DNA from: Nitratidesulfovibrio vulgaris str. Hildenborough
GTDB lineage: Bacteria > Desulfobacterota > Desulfovibrionia > Desulfovibrionales > Desulfovibrionaceae
DNA: 32,000 nucleotides
Direction: 5' to 3'
NCBI RefSeq assembly: GCF_000195755.1
Contig: NC_002937.3
Coordinates: 510,001-542,000 of the forward strand
Under the pieces are notes generated by a model. That model did not search any database and was not told the origin of the DNA. It worked only from the letters and a program-made list of their open reading frames with translations. Made by a program: the position numbers and the translations under genes. Positions 8,940 through 17,279 of this stretch are shown here, in pieces. Within the stretch, counting starts at the first letter, position 1. Each line of letters starts with the position of its first letter.

Positions 8940-9368
8940 GGCTTCAGGGTAGGCGAGCCAGCATTGCGGTGCAAGACGTTGCCACGGCTTTTCGTGTGCC
9001 TGCGGCAACCGCACGGACGAGCGAGACCGCATGTCGGGTGCGAGACTGCCATCACGGTACGTGCCGACGGGCCCCTTGCCGCAGGGTATGGGGCGGCCGC
9101 CCTGCTTTCGTGCGGTGGCGCAGGGCATCATGCGGTAACCCGTGCGGTGCATCCCGAAGGTTCTTCTGCGGGGCGCAGGGAAGGGCCTCGGAATGGGGCG
9201 TTTGGCCGAATGTCGGTGCGGGTTTGCGCATGGCATGGTTTGCAGGTACAGGAAAGGGGCGAAGAGGTGGGGCACGGCTTGCGATGTCTTGCGGGGGATG
9301 TCCTTGCACGTGTCTGTAGCGACGCGACAACCGCCAACCTCCTCCGGGAGCCATCGCAAGGCCCGGTC

Positions 9369-12300
9369 ATGCAGCAGTTTAGAGCCGACCTTCATATCCA
9401 TTCGCGCTTCTCAAGGGCCACCAGCAGTCGCCTCAACGCCCGGCATCTGGCGGCGTGGGCCGCCGTGAAAGGGATCGATGTGCTGGGTACCGGCGACTTC
9501 ACCCACCCGCAGTGGCTTGCTGAACTTCGAGAGCAACTCGTGCGCGACGACGCTTCGGGCCTCTACAGGCTGCGTGACCCGCGCGGACTCTCCGACGAAC
9601 TGCCCGCCTTCGCCGACAGGGTGAAGCAGTCGCGGTGCCTGTTCGTGCCACAGGCCGAGATAAGCTCCATCTACAAGCGCGGCGGCAAGGTGCGGAAGGT
9701 GCACAACATCGTGTACATGCCCGACTTCGACGCCGTGGACCGCCTCAATCGCAAGCTTGCCGAGGTGGGCAACCTCGTGTCGGACGGGCGGCCCATCCTC
9801 GGGCTGGATGCCCGCGACCTGCTGGGCATGGTGCTCGATGCCGACCCGCGCGGGGTTCTCGTGCCCGCCCATATCTGGACGCCATGGTTCGCCGTGTTCG
9901 GTTCCAAGTCGGGCTTCGACACCCTCGACGATTGCTTCGGCGACCTCACGGGCGAGATTTTCGCTCTTGAGACGGGGCTCTCGTCCGACCCGGAGATGAA
10001 CTGGCTGTGGAGTCATCTCGACCGTTTCGCGCTCATCTCCAACTCGGACGCCCATTCCGGCGACAATCTCGGGCGCGAGGCCAACCTCTTCGAAGGCGAG
10101 ATGTCGTACGACGGCATCTTCCGCAGTCTGCGCGGTGACGCCGTGGATTGCCGCTTTCTCGGAACGCTGGAGTTCTTCCCCGAGGAGGGCAAGTACCACC
10201 TCGACGGGCATCGCGCCTGCAATGTGGTGTACGAACCGCGCGAGACCGTGGCGCGTGGCGGCCTGTGCCCTGTGTGCGGCAAGCCGCTGACGGTGGGGGT
10301 GCTTCACCGTGTGCTCGAACTCGCCGACCGCGACACCCCTGAACAGGTGGCGGGGCGGCAGGGCTTCCGGTCGCTGATACCGTTGCCCGAGATCCTCGGC
10401 GAGATTCTGGGGGTGGGGGCCAAGAGTCGCAAGGTCGCAGACTGGACGGGTCGACTGGTGCAGCGCTTCGGGCCTGAACTCGCCATCCTGCAGGATGTGT
10501 CGCTGGACGCCCTGCGCCGTTACTGGGAACCGCTGGGCGAGGGCATCGCCCGGATGCGCCGTGGCGAGGTGCTGCGACAGGGCGGCTACGATGGCGAGTA
10601 TGGCGTGGTGCGTGTGTTCACCGAACGGGAACGGGCGTCGCTGCGCGGTGGCGGCGGGTCGAAGGCCGCGCTGCCGTTGCTCGACCTCGGAGGGGCGGCA
10701 TCCGCACCGGCCGTGCATGACACTCCGGGCCGGAGGAATACCGGGACGAAGGATGCGGGCGCCGGGGGTATCATCTCACCCGCTGTCGCAGGGGCGGACG
10801 TGGCGACGTCTGCGAAGGCGTCCGGCGGCAGGGCCGCAAGCGCATCTGAAGCCGGGGGCGCGAACGCGTCTGCCGAGACGACCACCCCGCACGATACCAC
10901 TGCCGTCCGGCAGACCTCCGCAGATGGCGGGGGAGAGGGACCGGGACTGGCTTCGCTCTTCATTTCAGCGCGTCCGGCAGAACCGCCTGTGGATTTCAAT
11001 CCGGAACAGCGTTCCGCCATCGCAGGCGGGCCGGGGCCGGTACTGGTGCTGGCAGGTCCCGGCACGGGCAAGACCCGTACGCTGGTGGGGCGTGTGCAGC
11101 GGCTTGTGGCCGAGGGGGTCGCCGCACGGCGCATCGTGGCCGTCACATTCACACGGCGTGCCGCCACGGAGATGGACGAACGCCTGTCCGTCACACTGGG
11201 CGACGGTGCACCGTTGCCACGTACCGACACGCTTCATGCCCTTGCCTTCGAGTTCTGGCATCGGTCATCGGCGCAGCCGCCCGTGCTCCTTTCGGAAGAG
11301 GCCGCCCGCCGGGTCTTTGCCGAGGCCAACCCCGACGCCACGGCACAGACGCTACGCGAGGCATGGGACGAACTGGCCGTGTGCCGCGAGCGCATGCAGG
11401 TGTGTTCGCTTGCGCTGGCCCCTCTTCTCGACCGCTATGTCCAGCAGAAGGCCGCGTGGAATCTCGCCGACTATACGGATTTGCTGGAATTCTGGCTTGA
11501 ACAGATACACAACGGCCTCTATGTGCCCCCGTGGCGTCATGTGCTGGTGGACGAGATACAGGACCTCTCGCCGCTGCAACTCGCCCTCGTGCGTGCCTTG
11601 CTGCCGCCGGGAGGCGAAGGGTTCTTCGGCATCGGCGACCCCGACCAGTCCATCTACGGTTTCAGGGGGGCGCACGGCGACGTGAAGGGGGCACTGGATG
11701 AGGCATGGCCGGGCCTCTCGGTGGTGACGCTTCGCGCCAACTACCGTTCGTCGGCGAGCGTACTCGATGCCGCCGGGGCACTCATGGAGGGACGTTCGGC
11801 GTGCGGGCGTCTGCGGGCCGTACGTGACCTGCCCGCCGACATCAGACTGTTCGAGGCCCCGTCCGCAGAGAGTGAGGCCGCATGGATAGGCGACCGGATA
11901 CGGTCGCTCATCGGGTCCACGGCGCATACGCTGGTGGATGCCGCACCTGAGGGTGCGCTACCCGGAGAGGGAACGTTCGGCCCCGGCGACATCGCGGTGC
12001 TGGTGCGGGTGCGTGCGCTCATTCCCGTGCTGCAACGCACGTTGTCGCGGCTTGGCGTGCCCGTGGCAGCCCCTGAGACGGAGGCCTTCTGGGCCGACCA
12101 GCGGGTGTCTCTCATCCTCGCCGCCGCCGGACGTTTCGTGGGTATCGGCAGTGCGGTCGCCGGAGGGCCCGGCGACGAGGTGAATTGTCCTGACAAGATG
12201 CTGGCGCGTGGCCCGCTGGGCGTTGCGGCCTACCTGCGCGAGTCGCCTCCCTTCGATGAACTGTTCTGGCAATCCGCGGCATTCAAGGCGTTGAGCAAGG

Positions 12301-12752
12301 CGTATGACACGCACGGGGGATGGGTGGGGCTCATCAACTGGGTGAATCTGCAAAGCGAACTCGAGACCGTGCGCAGGCGTAGCGAGAAGGTGCAGGTCAT
12401 GAGCCTTCATGCCGCCAAGGGGCTCGAATTCCGTGCCGTTTTCCTGCCCGCGCTGGAAGACGGCATACTGCCCTTCGCCGGGGCGGCGACGCTTTCAGGA
12501 CACGCCGACCGGGAACACATGCGCACCGACCTTGAGGAGGAACGCCGCCTGTTCTACGTGGGTATCACCCGTGCGGCAGAGGGCCTCTACCTCAGCCGGG
12601 CGTCGCGTCGCACCCTCTACGGGCGCGAGGTGCGTCTCAAGGCGTCGCGTTTTCTCGATGATGTGCCGGTGGCGGGGGTCAAGCGTTCAGCGCTGGTGCG
12701 TCACAGCAAGCATAGCGTGAAGCAGTTGAGTCTGCTTGGGGGCGGCGACTGA
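9369..12752 (+). CDS. Fusion protein: N-terminal EndoQ-like PHP/Zn-ribbon endonuclease domain (COG1379/TIGR00375-type) + low-complexity linker + C-terminal UvrD/Rep SF1 helicase
   Basis: I start at the in-frame ATG 9369 (MQQFRADLHIHSRFSRATS), not the track start 8232. N-domain motifs follow the order known from archaeal Endonuclease Q: DLHIHS, GTGDFTHP, PAHIWTPW, LETGLSSD, SNSDAHS..LGRE, GKYHLDGH, Zn-ribbon CPVCGKPLTVGVLHRVLEL, GGYDGEYGVVRVF. The linker (~10640-10975) is A/G/S/T-rich. Helicase motifs: FNPEQRSAI, Walker A AGPGTGKT, VLVDEIQD, GDPDQSIYGFRGA, NYRS, VMSLHAAKGLEF, RRLFYVGITRA. Confidence 0.85.
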   Translation: MQQFRADLHIHSRFSRATSSRLNARHLAAWAAVKGIDVLGTGDFTHPQWLAELREQLVRDDASGLYRLRDPRGLSDELPAFADRVKQSRCLFVPQAEISSIYKRGGKVRKVHNIVYMPDFDAVDRLNRKLAEVGNLVSDGRPILGLDARDLLGMVLDADPRGVLVPAHIWTPWFAVFGSKSGFDTLDDCFGDLTGEIFALETGLSSDPEMNWLWSHLDRFALISNSDAHSGDNLGREANLFEGEMSYDGIFRSLRGDAVDCRFLGTLEFFPEEGKYHLDGHRACNVVYEPRETVARGGLCPVCGKPLTVGVLHRVLELADRDTPEQVAGRQGFRSLIPLPEILGEILGVGAKSRKVADWTGRLVQRFGPELAILQDVSLDALRRYWEPLGEGIARMRRGEVLRQGGYDGEYGVVRVFTERERASLRGGGGSKAALPLLDLGGAASAPAVHDTPGRRNTGTKDAGAGGIISPAVAGADVATSAKASGGRAASASEAGGANASAETTTPHDTTAVRQTSADGGGEGPGLASLFISARPAEPPVDFNPEQRSAIAGGPGPVLVLAGPGTGKTRTLVGRVQRLVAEGVAARRIVAVTFTRRAATEMDERLSVTLGDGAPLPRTDTLHALAFEFWHRSSAQPPVLLSEEAARRVFAEANPDATAQTLREAWDELAVCRERMQVCSLALAPLLDRYVQQKAAWNLADYTDLLEFWLEQIHNGLYVPPWRHVLVDEIQDLSPLQLALVRALLPPGGEGFFGIGDPDQSIYGFRGAHGDVKGALDEAWPGLSVVTLRANYRSSASVLDAAGALMEGRSACGRLRAVRDLPADIRLFEAPSAESEAAWIGDRIRSLIGSTAHTLVDAAPEGALPGEGTFGPGDIAVLVRVRALIPVLQRTLSRLGVPVAAPETEAFWADQRVSLILAAAGRFVGIGSAVAGGPGDEVNCPDKMLARGPLGVAAYLRESPPFDELFWQSAAFKALSKAYDTHGGWVGLINWVNLQSELETVRRRSEKVQVMSLHAAKGLEFRAVFLPALEDGILPFAGAATLSGHADREHMRTDLEEERRLFYVGITRAAEGLYLSRASRRTLYGREVRLKASRFLDDVPVAGVKRSALVRHSKHSVKQLSLLGGGD

Positions 12753-12862
12753 TACGTCAGAAATGCTAGCCTGCATTCCGGGTGATGTGCCGGGGTATGC
12801 CCCCGGTCATGGCGCAATCGTGCTGACAGGCCCGTGGGCGGCCGGGGTGCGCGGACTTGAAC

Positions 12863-13012
12863 CTAGTGCAGCCCGCAGACGCGGTAGACATACCGTTCGT
12901 ACAGGGTCGAGACCCTGCCTGCGGCGCGTTTGCTGAGTCCGGCCTCGCGCAGGCGACAGTATACATGAAGGGGGTTGAAACGGTGTTGCAGGAAATGGCG
13001 GACGTGACGCAT
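12863..13012 (-). CDS. Hypothetical small protein (49 aa)
   Basis: Internal ATG of the 82-aa track ORF (complement of 13010-13012), preceded by AGGAGA 6 nt upstream (GGGAGACAGGAGAGTACCATG). Product: MRHVRHFLQHRFNPLHVYCRLREAGLSKRAAGRVSTLYERYVYRVCGLH. I recognise no family. Confidence 0.35.
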   Translation of the reverse strand: MRHVRHFLQHRFNPLHVYCRLREAGLSKRAAGRVSTLYERYVYRVCGLH

Positions 13013-13160
13013 GGTACTCTCCTGTCTCCCGCATGGGAGACGCATCGGATTTTGCAAGGCCCGTGCCCTTTCGTCGACCCTCTGTCTCCATGCCCTGTTG
13101 CAGCGAAACACTTGTCGTCAGGAGCGGTACGGTGACGGATTATGGTCGCAGGGTGGAGGC

Positions 13161-13928
13161 ATGACCTGCAAGCGCGCCCTTACCGCATACCCTGAGCTTC
13201 TGTCCAGAACCGTGGCGGCCCCTTCTTGGGTAATGCCTGGAACTGTTCGGGATAATGCCATCTTTCTTTCAGGTGAAGTGGACGAGGTGGGGTTGTGCTT
13301 CTTCGAGACCGCAGCGTGTCTCGCCTACGGTGAGAACGACCTTCCGGAACATCTTGCCGACCTGCCACTGGGGTGGCATGTGCACCTGCCGGGCGACCTG
13401 CCATGGTGTGACGGAGGTGCAGAAGCTGCCGTCCCTGCCCTGCGGCTCATGGACAAGGTGGCCTTCCTCGGTGCACATCGCGCCGTCCTGCATCCGCCCG
13501 TGGGCTTTGCCGACGGTGCCGCACGCCTTGTCGCCTTCGTGCGTGCGTGGGAGGCTGCCGGACGCAATCCTGAAGACCTGTGCCTCGAGAACATCCGGGG
13601 CGAAGACCTGACAGGGTTGTGGCGCACCCTGTGCGACCTCGGCTGCAAGGTATGTCTGGACATGGGCCATGTGCTGTCCTACGGTCAATATGGCCTTCTG
13701 TCCCTGCCGGGCCTCTCCGGGAGAACGTCCATGTTGCATGCCAATGCTCCGGGGCCGGCGGGAAGGCATCTGTCGCTCGATACACTCGACGGGGCGGGAG
13801 GCGGCGTGGGGCGCGCCATGTGTGCGCTGCTGCCCGACGATGCCGTGGTCATGGTCGAGGTGTTCGACTGGGAGGGGGTGCGACGGTCGCTGCCCTTGCT
13901 CGAAACATGGTTCGCCGCGCAACGCTGA
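13161..13928 (+). CDS. Xylose-isomerase-like / AP-endonuclease-2 TIM-barrel protein, possibly a CbiR-type cobamide-remodelling phosphodiesterase
   Basis: ATG at 13161 with GGTGGAGG immediately upstream; this is in frame with the track ORF 13011..13928. The pattern PSWVMPGTVRDNAIFL..VDEVGLCFFE...WHVHLPGDLPW...LHPP...LENI resembles sugar-phosphate isomerase/epimerase-like TIM barrels. The CbiR assignment is from memory of family sequence patterns and is low confidence. Confidence 0.6.
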   Translation: MTCKRALTAYPELLSRTVAAPSWVMPGTVRDNAIFLSGEVDEVGLCFFETAACLAYGENDLPEHLADLPLGWHVHLPGDLPWCDGGAEAAVPALRLMDKVAFLGAHRAVLHPPVGFADGAARLVAFVRAWEAAGRNPEDLCLENIRGEDLTGLWRTLCDLGCKVCLDMGHVLSYGQYGLLSLPGLSGRTSMLHANAPGPAGRHLSLDTLDGAGGGVGRAMCALLPDDAVVMVEVFDWEGVRRSLPLLETWFAAQR

Positions 13929-13949
13929 CGGCGCGACACAGAGGTGGCA

Positions 13950-14957
13950 ATGTCGTATTTCCGCAAGCTGGATACGAAGCTTCCCCATCTGCTGGAGCTT
14001 CTCAACCGCGAAGAACGCTGGCTCATCGTCATCAATGCCGACCCCGATGCCATGGCGTCGGCCATGGCGCTGCGGCGCATCATGATCCATCGCGTGGCGG
14101 ATGTTGCCATCGCCCGTGTCAACGAGATCACCCGCCCCGACAACCTCGCCATGATCCGCTACCTGCGCATCCCCATGGTCAAGCTCACGCCTACCGTGGC
14201 AGCGCAGTTCGACCGCTTCGCGGTGGTCGATTCGCAACCGCATCACCATCCGCTCTTCCGTGACCTCAGCTTCTCGCTCGTCATCGACCACCACCCCCTC
14301 AGCGAGAAGAACCCCGTCATCGCCGACTTCAAGGAGATACGCACCGAGTACGGCTCCAACAGCACCATCATGACGGAGTTCCTGTACAACATGCACATCA
14401 GACCGGGGCAGTTGCTGGCCACGGCGCTGCAATTCGGCATCAAGACCGACACGGCAAGCTTCGAACGCGCAGCGTGCGATGTCGACCTGCGTGCCTACCG
14501 CTATCTTTCCAAGTTCTCGAATCCGGCGCTGCTTTCGCGCGTGGCCCGCAGCGAGTTCAGACTGCACTGGCTCGACTATTTCTCGAAGGCGTTCATCTCG
14601 ATGCACAAGTGCGGGTCGGGGCAGTACGTCTATGTGGGCGAGGTCGAGAATCCAGACATCCTCGTCGTCATCGCCGACTTCTTCATGCGCGTTCACGAGA
14701 TTCGCTGGACGGCCGTGTGCGGTGTGTATCAGGACACCATCGTTGTCATCTTCCGTGGTGACGGCGTCACCCGCGACCTCGGGCGCTACGCTTCGGCACA
14801 ATTCTCTGACATCGGTTCGGCAGGCGGGCACAAGGCCATGGCGCGTGCCGAGATCCCCCTCGAGAAGGCTGCGGGGCGCAACGTCGAGTTGTTCATCTTC
14901 AAGAAGTTGCTGGCACCGCGCAAGTCGGCGCGTCCTCGCGAGGAGGCGAAGCCGTGA
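13950..14957 (+). CDS. DHH/DHHA1-family phosphoesterase (NrnA-like)
   Basis: Motifs: INADPDAMASAMAL (DxD), VVDSQPHHH, LVIDHHP (DHH), GIKTDT, and DHHA1 motif GSAGGHKAMA. ATG at 13950 with GAGGTG 6 nt upstream. The track start 13944 is a GTG two codons earlier. Confidence 0.85.
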   Translation: MSYFRKLDTKLPHLLELLNREERWLIVINADPDAMASAMALRRIMIHRVADVAIARVNEITRPDNLAMIRYLRIPMVKLTPTVAAQFDRFAVVDSQPHHHPLFRDLSFSLVIDHHPLSEKNPVIADFKEIRTEYGSNSTIMTEFLYNMHIRPGQLLATALQFGIKTDTASFERAACDVDLRAYRYLSKFSNPALLSRVARSEFRLHWLDYFSKAFISMHKCGSGQYVYVGEVENPDILVVIADFFMRVHEIRWTAVCGVYQDTIVVIFRGDGVTRDLGRYASAQFSDIGSAGGHKAMARAEIPLEKAAGRNVELFIFKKLLAPRKSARPREEAKP

Positions 14958-15004
14958 GTCGTCTGCGGTACCCGTCATCCCGGTCGATACTGTGATGGAT
15001 GTTT

Positions 15005-15029
15005 CGGAGGCGGCCAATGGCCGCCTCCG
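15005..15029. terminator. GC-rich hairpin between convergent genes (possible bidirectional terminator; no U-tract)
   Basis: CGGAGGCGGCC (15005-15015) / GGCCGCCTCCG (15019-15029) is a perfect 11-nt inverted repeat. It lies between the DHH gene stop (14957) and the EAL gene stop (15113). There is no T-run on either strand, hence the low confidence. Confidence 0.4.
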
Positions 15030-15112
15030 TCGCGTATGCGCCATGTGAAGCGCTGCATGGCACATTGACGAGGCAGATGGCGGGGGCTCTTCCGGCTTCG
15101 GACCGTTTACTG

Positions 15113-16363
15113 TCAGGTCGCGGCACCGTCTCCGGTATGGCGGGCCGTGGCATCGACGCAGAGAATGTGGCTGCGGCCCCCCGCACAGTTGAAGCGCACC
15201 CCCACGGTGATGCACAGGCTACCTGTCGCGGCCGAGATGTAGGGTTGCGATACGCTGGCATCCACACCTCCGCGCAGGGGCTGGAACCATTCCTTGAGCG
15301 AGTGGTCGGTGCCGCGCGTGGCGGGACGATAGAGCACGACACGCTGCGGGATGCCTTCGCAGGGGCGGCACACGGAGTCGGTGGTCTGGCTGCCGAAGGC
15401 GTCGAGCACATAGAGGCATTCCATGTCGGGCATGTGCGGCAGGGCCTCTCGCAGGATGCGCCCGAAGCGGCGGGGCGACTGCCCGTCCAGCGCAAGGCGC
15501 AGCGGTCTCACAAGTTGCAGAAGCCGCTGGTGCTCCTGTTCCTCGGCCCGCAGGCGTTGCAGGGTCATGCCTGCATACAGGAGCATCGAACGGCGAAGTG
15601 CGGCAATGGGCTCGCGTGGTGCGGGAACGGGTTGCGGGTGTCCCATCAGGTAGCCCTGAAGCATGTCGACGCCGAGGTCGATCATGGTCGCCGCCTCCTC
15701 TTCGCGTTCGACCCCTTCCGCCACCGTCACGGCACCGATGCGCCGCGCCAGCGCCACCAGAGAGCGCATGACCTCGCGCCTGTGGAAGGTGGCGTCGCAG
15801 CCTGCCACGAGGTCGCGGTCGAGTTTGATGACGTCAGGGCGCAGGGCGGCGATGCGTGCGAGATTCGAATAGCCTGCCCCTACGTCGTCCAGTGCCAGCA
15901 GAAAGCCCGCTTGCCTGTGGCGTTCGCAGAACCGTGAGAGGGCCGCGTCATCGGGTACGGCCGATTCGATGATTTCGATGACCACGTTGTGCGGGGGAAT
16001 GCCCCAGCGCTTGGCGCATTGTTCGATGTGCCCCGAACCCACAGAGTTCTTGTCGAGAAGTGACGCGTCGATGTTGACGAAGAGCAGCAGGGCCGGGTGT
16101 GCCACATGGTGGTCCGAAAAGGCCGCGAAGGCCCTCTCGCGGCAGAGACGGTCGAGTGCGAGTCTTTCGGCAGGGGTCTTCGCCGCACCGAAGAGGCGCA
16201 GGGGGCTGATGCTGCCGGTGCCCGGCGGGTCGCCGGGGGCCATGCCGCGTGCCAGTGCCTCGAATCCTGCATGACGGCCCGTACGTATTGCCACAAGCGG
16301 CTGGAAGTAGGGTGTGACGTCGCCCTGTGTCAGGGCCTTGCGTGCGATGAGGGTGTCTTTCAT
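15113..16363 (-). CDS. EAL-domain cyclic-di-GMP phosphodiesterase with a C-terminal Cache/PAS-like (PDC-fold) sensory domain
   Basis: N-terminal EAL domain with its catalytic signature intact: YFQPLV, FEALARG, FVNID, EIIES, LDDVGAGYSNL, IKLDRDLV, AEGVEREEE, QGYLMGHPQP. The C-terminal ~150 aa contain SQPYISAATGSLCITVG, typical of Cache/PDC ligand-binding folds. Confidence 0.85.
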   Translation of the reverse strand: MKDTLIARKALTQGDVTPYFQPLVAIRTGRHAGFEALARGMAPGDPPGTGSISPLRLFGAAKTPAERLALDRLCRERAFAAFSDHHVAHPALLLFVNIDASLLDKNSVGSGHIEQCAKRWGIPPHNVVIEIIESAVPDDAALSRFCERHRQAGFLLALDDVGAGYSNLARIAALRPDVIKLDRDLVAGCDATFHRREVMRSLVALARRIGAVTVAEGVEREEEAATMIDLGVDMLQGYLMGHPQPVPAPREPIAALRRSMLLYAGMTLQRLRAEEQEHQRLLQLVRPLRLALDGQSPRRFGRILREALPHMPDMECLYVLDAFGSQTTDSVCRPCEGIPQRVVLYRPATRGTDHSLKEWFQPLRGGVDASVSQPYISAATGSLCITVGVRFNCAGGRSHILCVDATARHTGDGAAT

Positions 16364-16678
16364 ACGAGGTCCGGGATGCCGGGTCGGGATGGCGGGATGA
16401 CCCGACCCGGCGGCCCCGGCACGGGCCGGGGCAGATGTTGTGCGAAATGTGTCGGGCCATGTGCCGGGCTTTTCTGGTTCACTCCGAAGGCTTCGTCGCG
16501 CGCCTCCCCGTTGATGCGTGCAAGCCGTCCATGCCCTGTGGCACTTGGAGGTCGTGCCGGTGACGGGTGCGGGCTATCCGTTCTTTATCGGCGCGGTCGG
16601 GTGACCCTTCACTCGGTGATGTCATCCGCAGGCAGGGTGCTGGGGTGCGGGCCGAAGAGCCTTGCCCCTCGCAAACTG

Positions 16679-17065
16679 TCAGCTTCGAAGACGCACAAGG
16701 GGTAGGGGATGAACCCCGTGCCATGGCGTGAAGGACGTCGGACTCGGCTGTTGTCGCGAATCGCCATCCGCGGCCACAGTGCCTGTGGAGATGAACGCGA
16801 CGCCGCTGCCGGCGGTGTGTGGGGCGGCGGTGAGAAGAAGTCCCAGCATGAACCCGGCGAAGGCACAGGCGACGGTCGCTACGACACGGACGCGTCTGCC
16901 CGGAGGCAGGCGTCTGTCGGGGTGACGCGAAGGGGCGGCGTGCGAGCGCGACCTGTGGCGGTCTGTGATGGTAACGGGCGGCGTCAGCCCAGACATCAGC
17001 CCGGACTTTGACCCGGACGTGACGTGGCCGGAGTGGAACATGGGCGGTGCGTGGTGTCCTGACAT
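16679..17065 (-). CDS. Hypothetical single-pass membrane protein (128 aa)
   Basis: Internal ATG (complement of 17063-17065) preceded by GGGGGAG 4 nt upstream. There is one hydrophobic segment, VVATVACAFAGFMLGLLLTAA. The rest is R/S/P/H-rich and matches no family I recognise. It could be spurious. Confidence 0.3.
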   Translation of the reverse strand: MSGHHAPPMFHSGHVTSGSKSGLMSGLTPPVTITDRHRSRSHAAPSRHPDRRLPPGRRVRVVATVACAFAGFMLGLLLTAAPHTAGSGVAFISTGTVAADGDSRQQPSPTSFTPWHGVHPLPLVRLRS

Positions 17066-17279
17066 GGTCTCCCCCACTGTTGAGGTTCGACAGTACCCAA
17101 GCAATGGTCGGGCCTCATTGTCAGAGAAGGCATGATTTCAGTGTGTTAGGTGGTGATGTGGTTGGGTTTGAGATTCGATAGCACGATGAATTTAACATAA
17201 TGCGTATTTTTTCGACTTAAAAAATAGCATAATTGTAATTGTACGGCAGGCGACTTTCGCACCTTTTTCAATTTTCTAC

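Noticed and set aside
8232-9368. The first 379 codons of the 1506-aa track ORF, taken as part of the helicase
   Set aside because: This stretch is antisense to the methyltransferase gene and translates to R/G/A/C-rich nonsense. The EndoQ-like domain starts precisely at the in-frame ATG 9369 with its DLHIHS motif at residues 7-12, as in family members.
8940-9401. Upstream extension of the methyltransferase ORF (track start 9401)
   Set aside because: It would overlap the divergent helicase start codon and leave no promoter space. The translation (MDMKVGSKLLHDRALRWLPEEVGGCRV...) has no family resemblance. The start remains uncertain.
9411-10718. 435-aa minus-strand ORF
   Set aside because: It is antisense to the EndoQ-like domain, has no motifs, and shows typical shadow composition.
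13269-15215. 648-aa minus-strand ORF
   Set aside because: It spans two plus-strand genes, one of which (the DHH phosphoesterase) has unambiguous DHH and GGH motifs. The translation is R/H/G/D/E/V-rich with no recognisable domain.
16097-17011. Plus-strand ORFs 16097..16705, 16709..17011 and 16728..16925, and minus-strand ORFs 16479..16724 and 16609..16866
   Set aside because: They overlap the EAL gene 5' end or one another, have shadow-like composition and lack ribosome-binding sites. Only the SD-linked minus-strand ORF 16679..17065 was kept, at low confidence.
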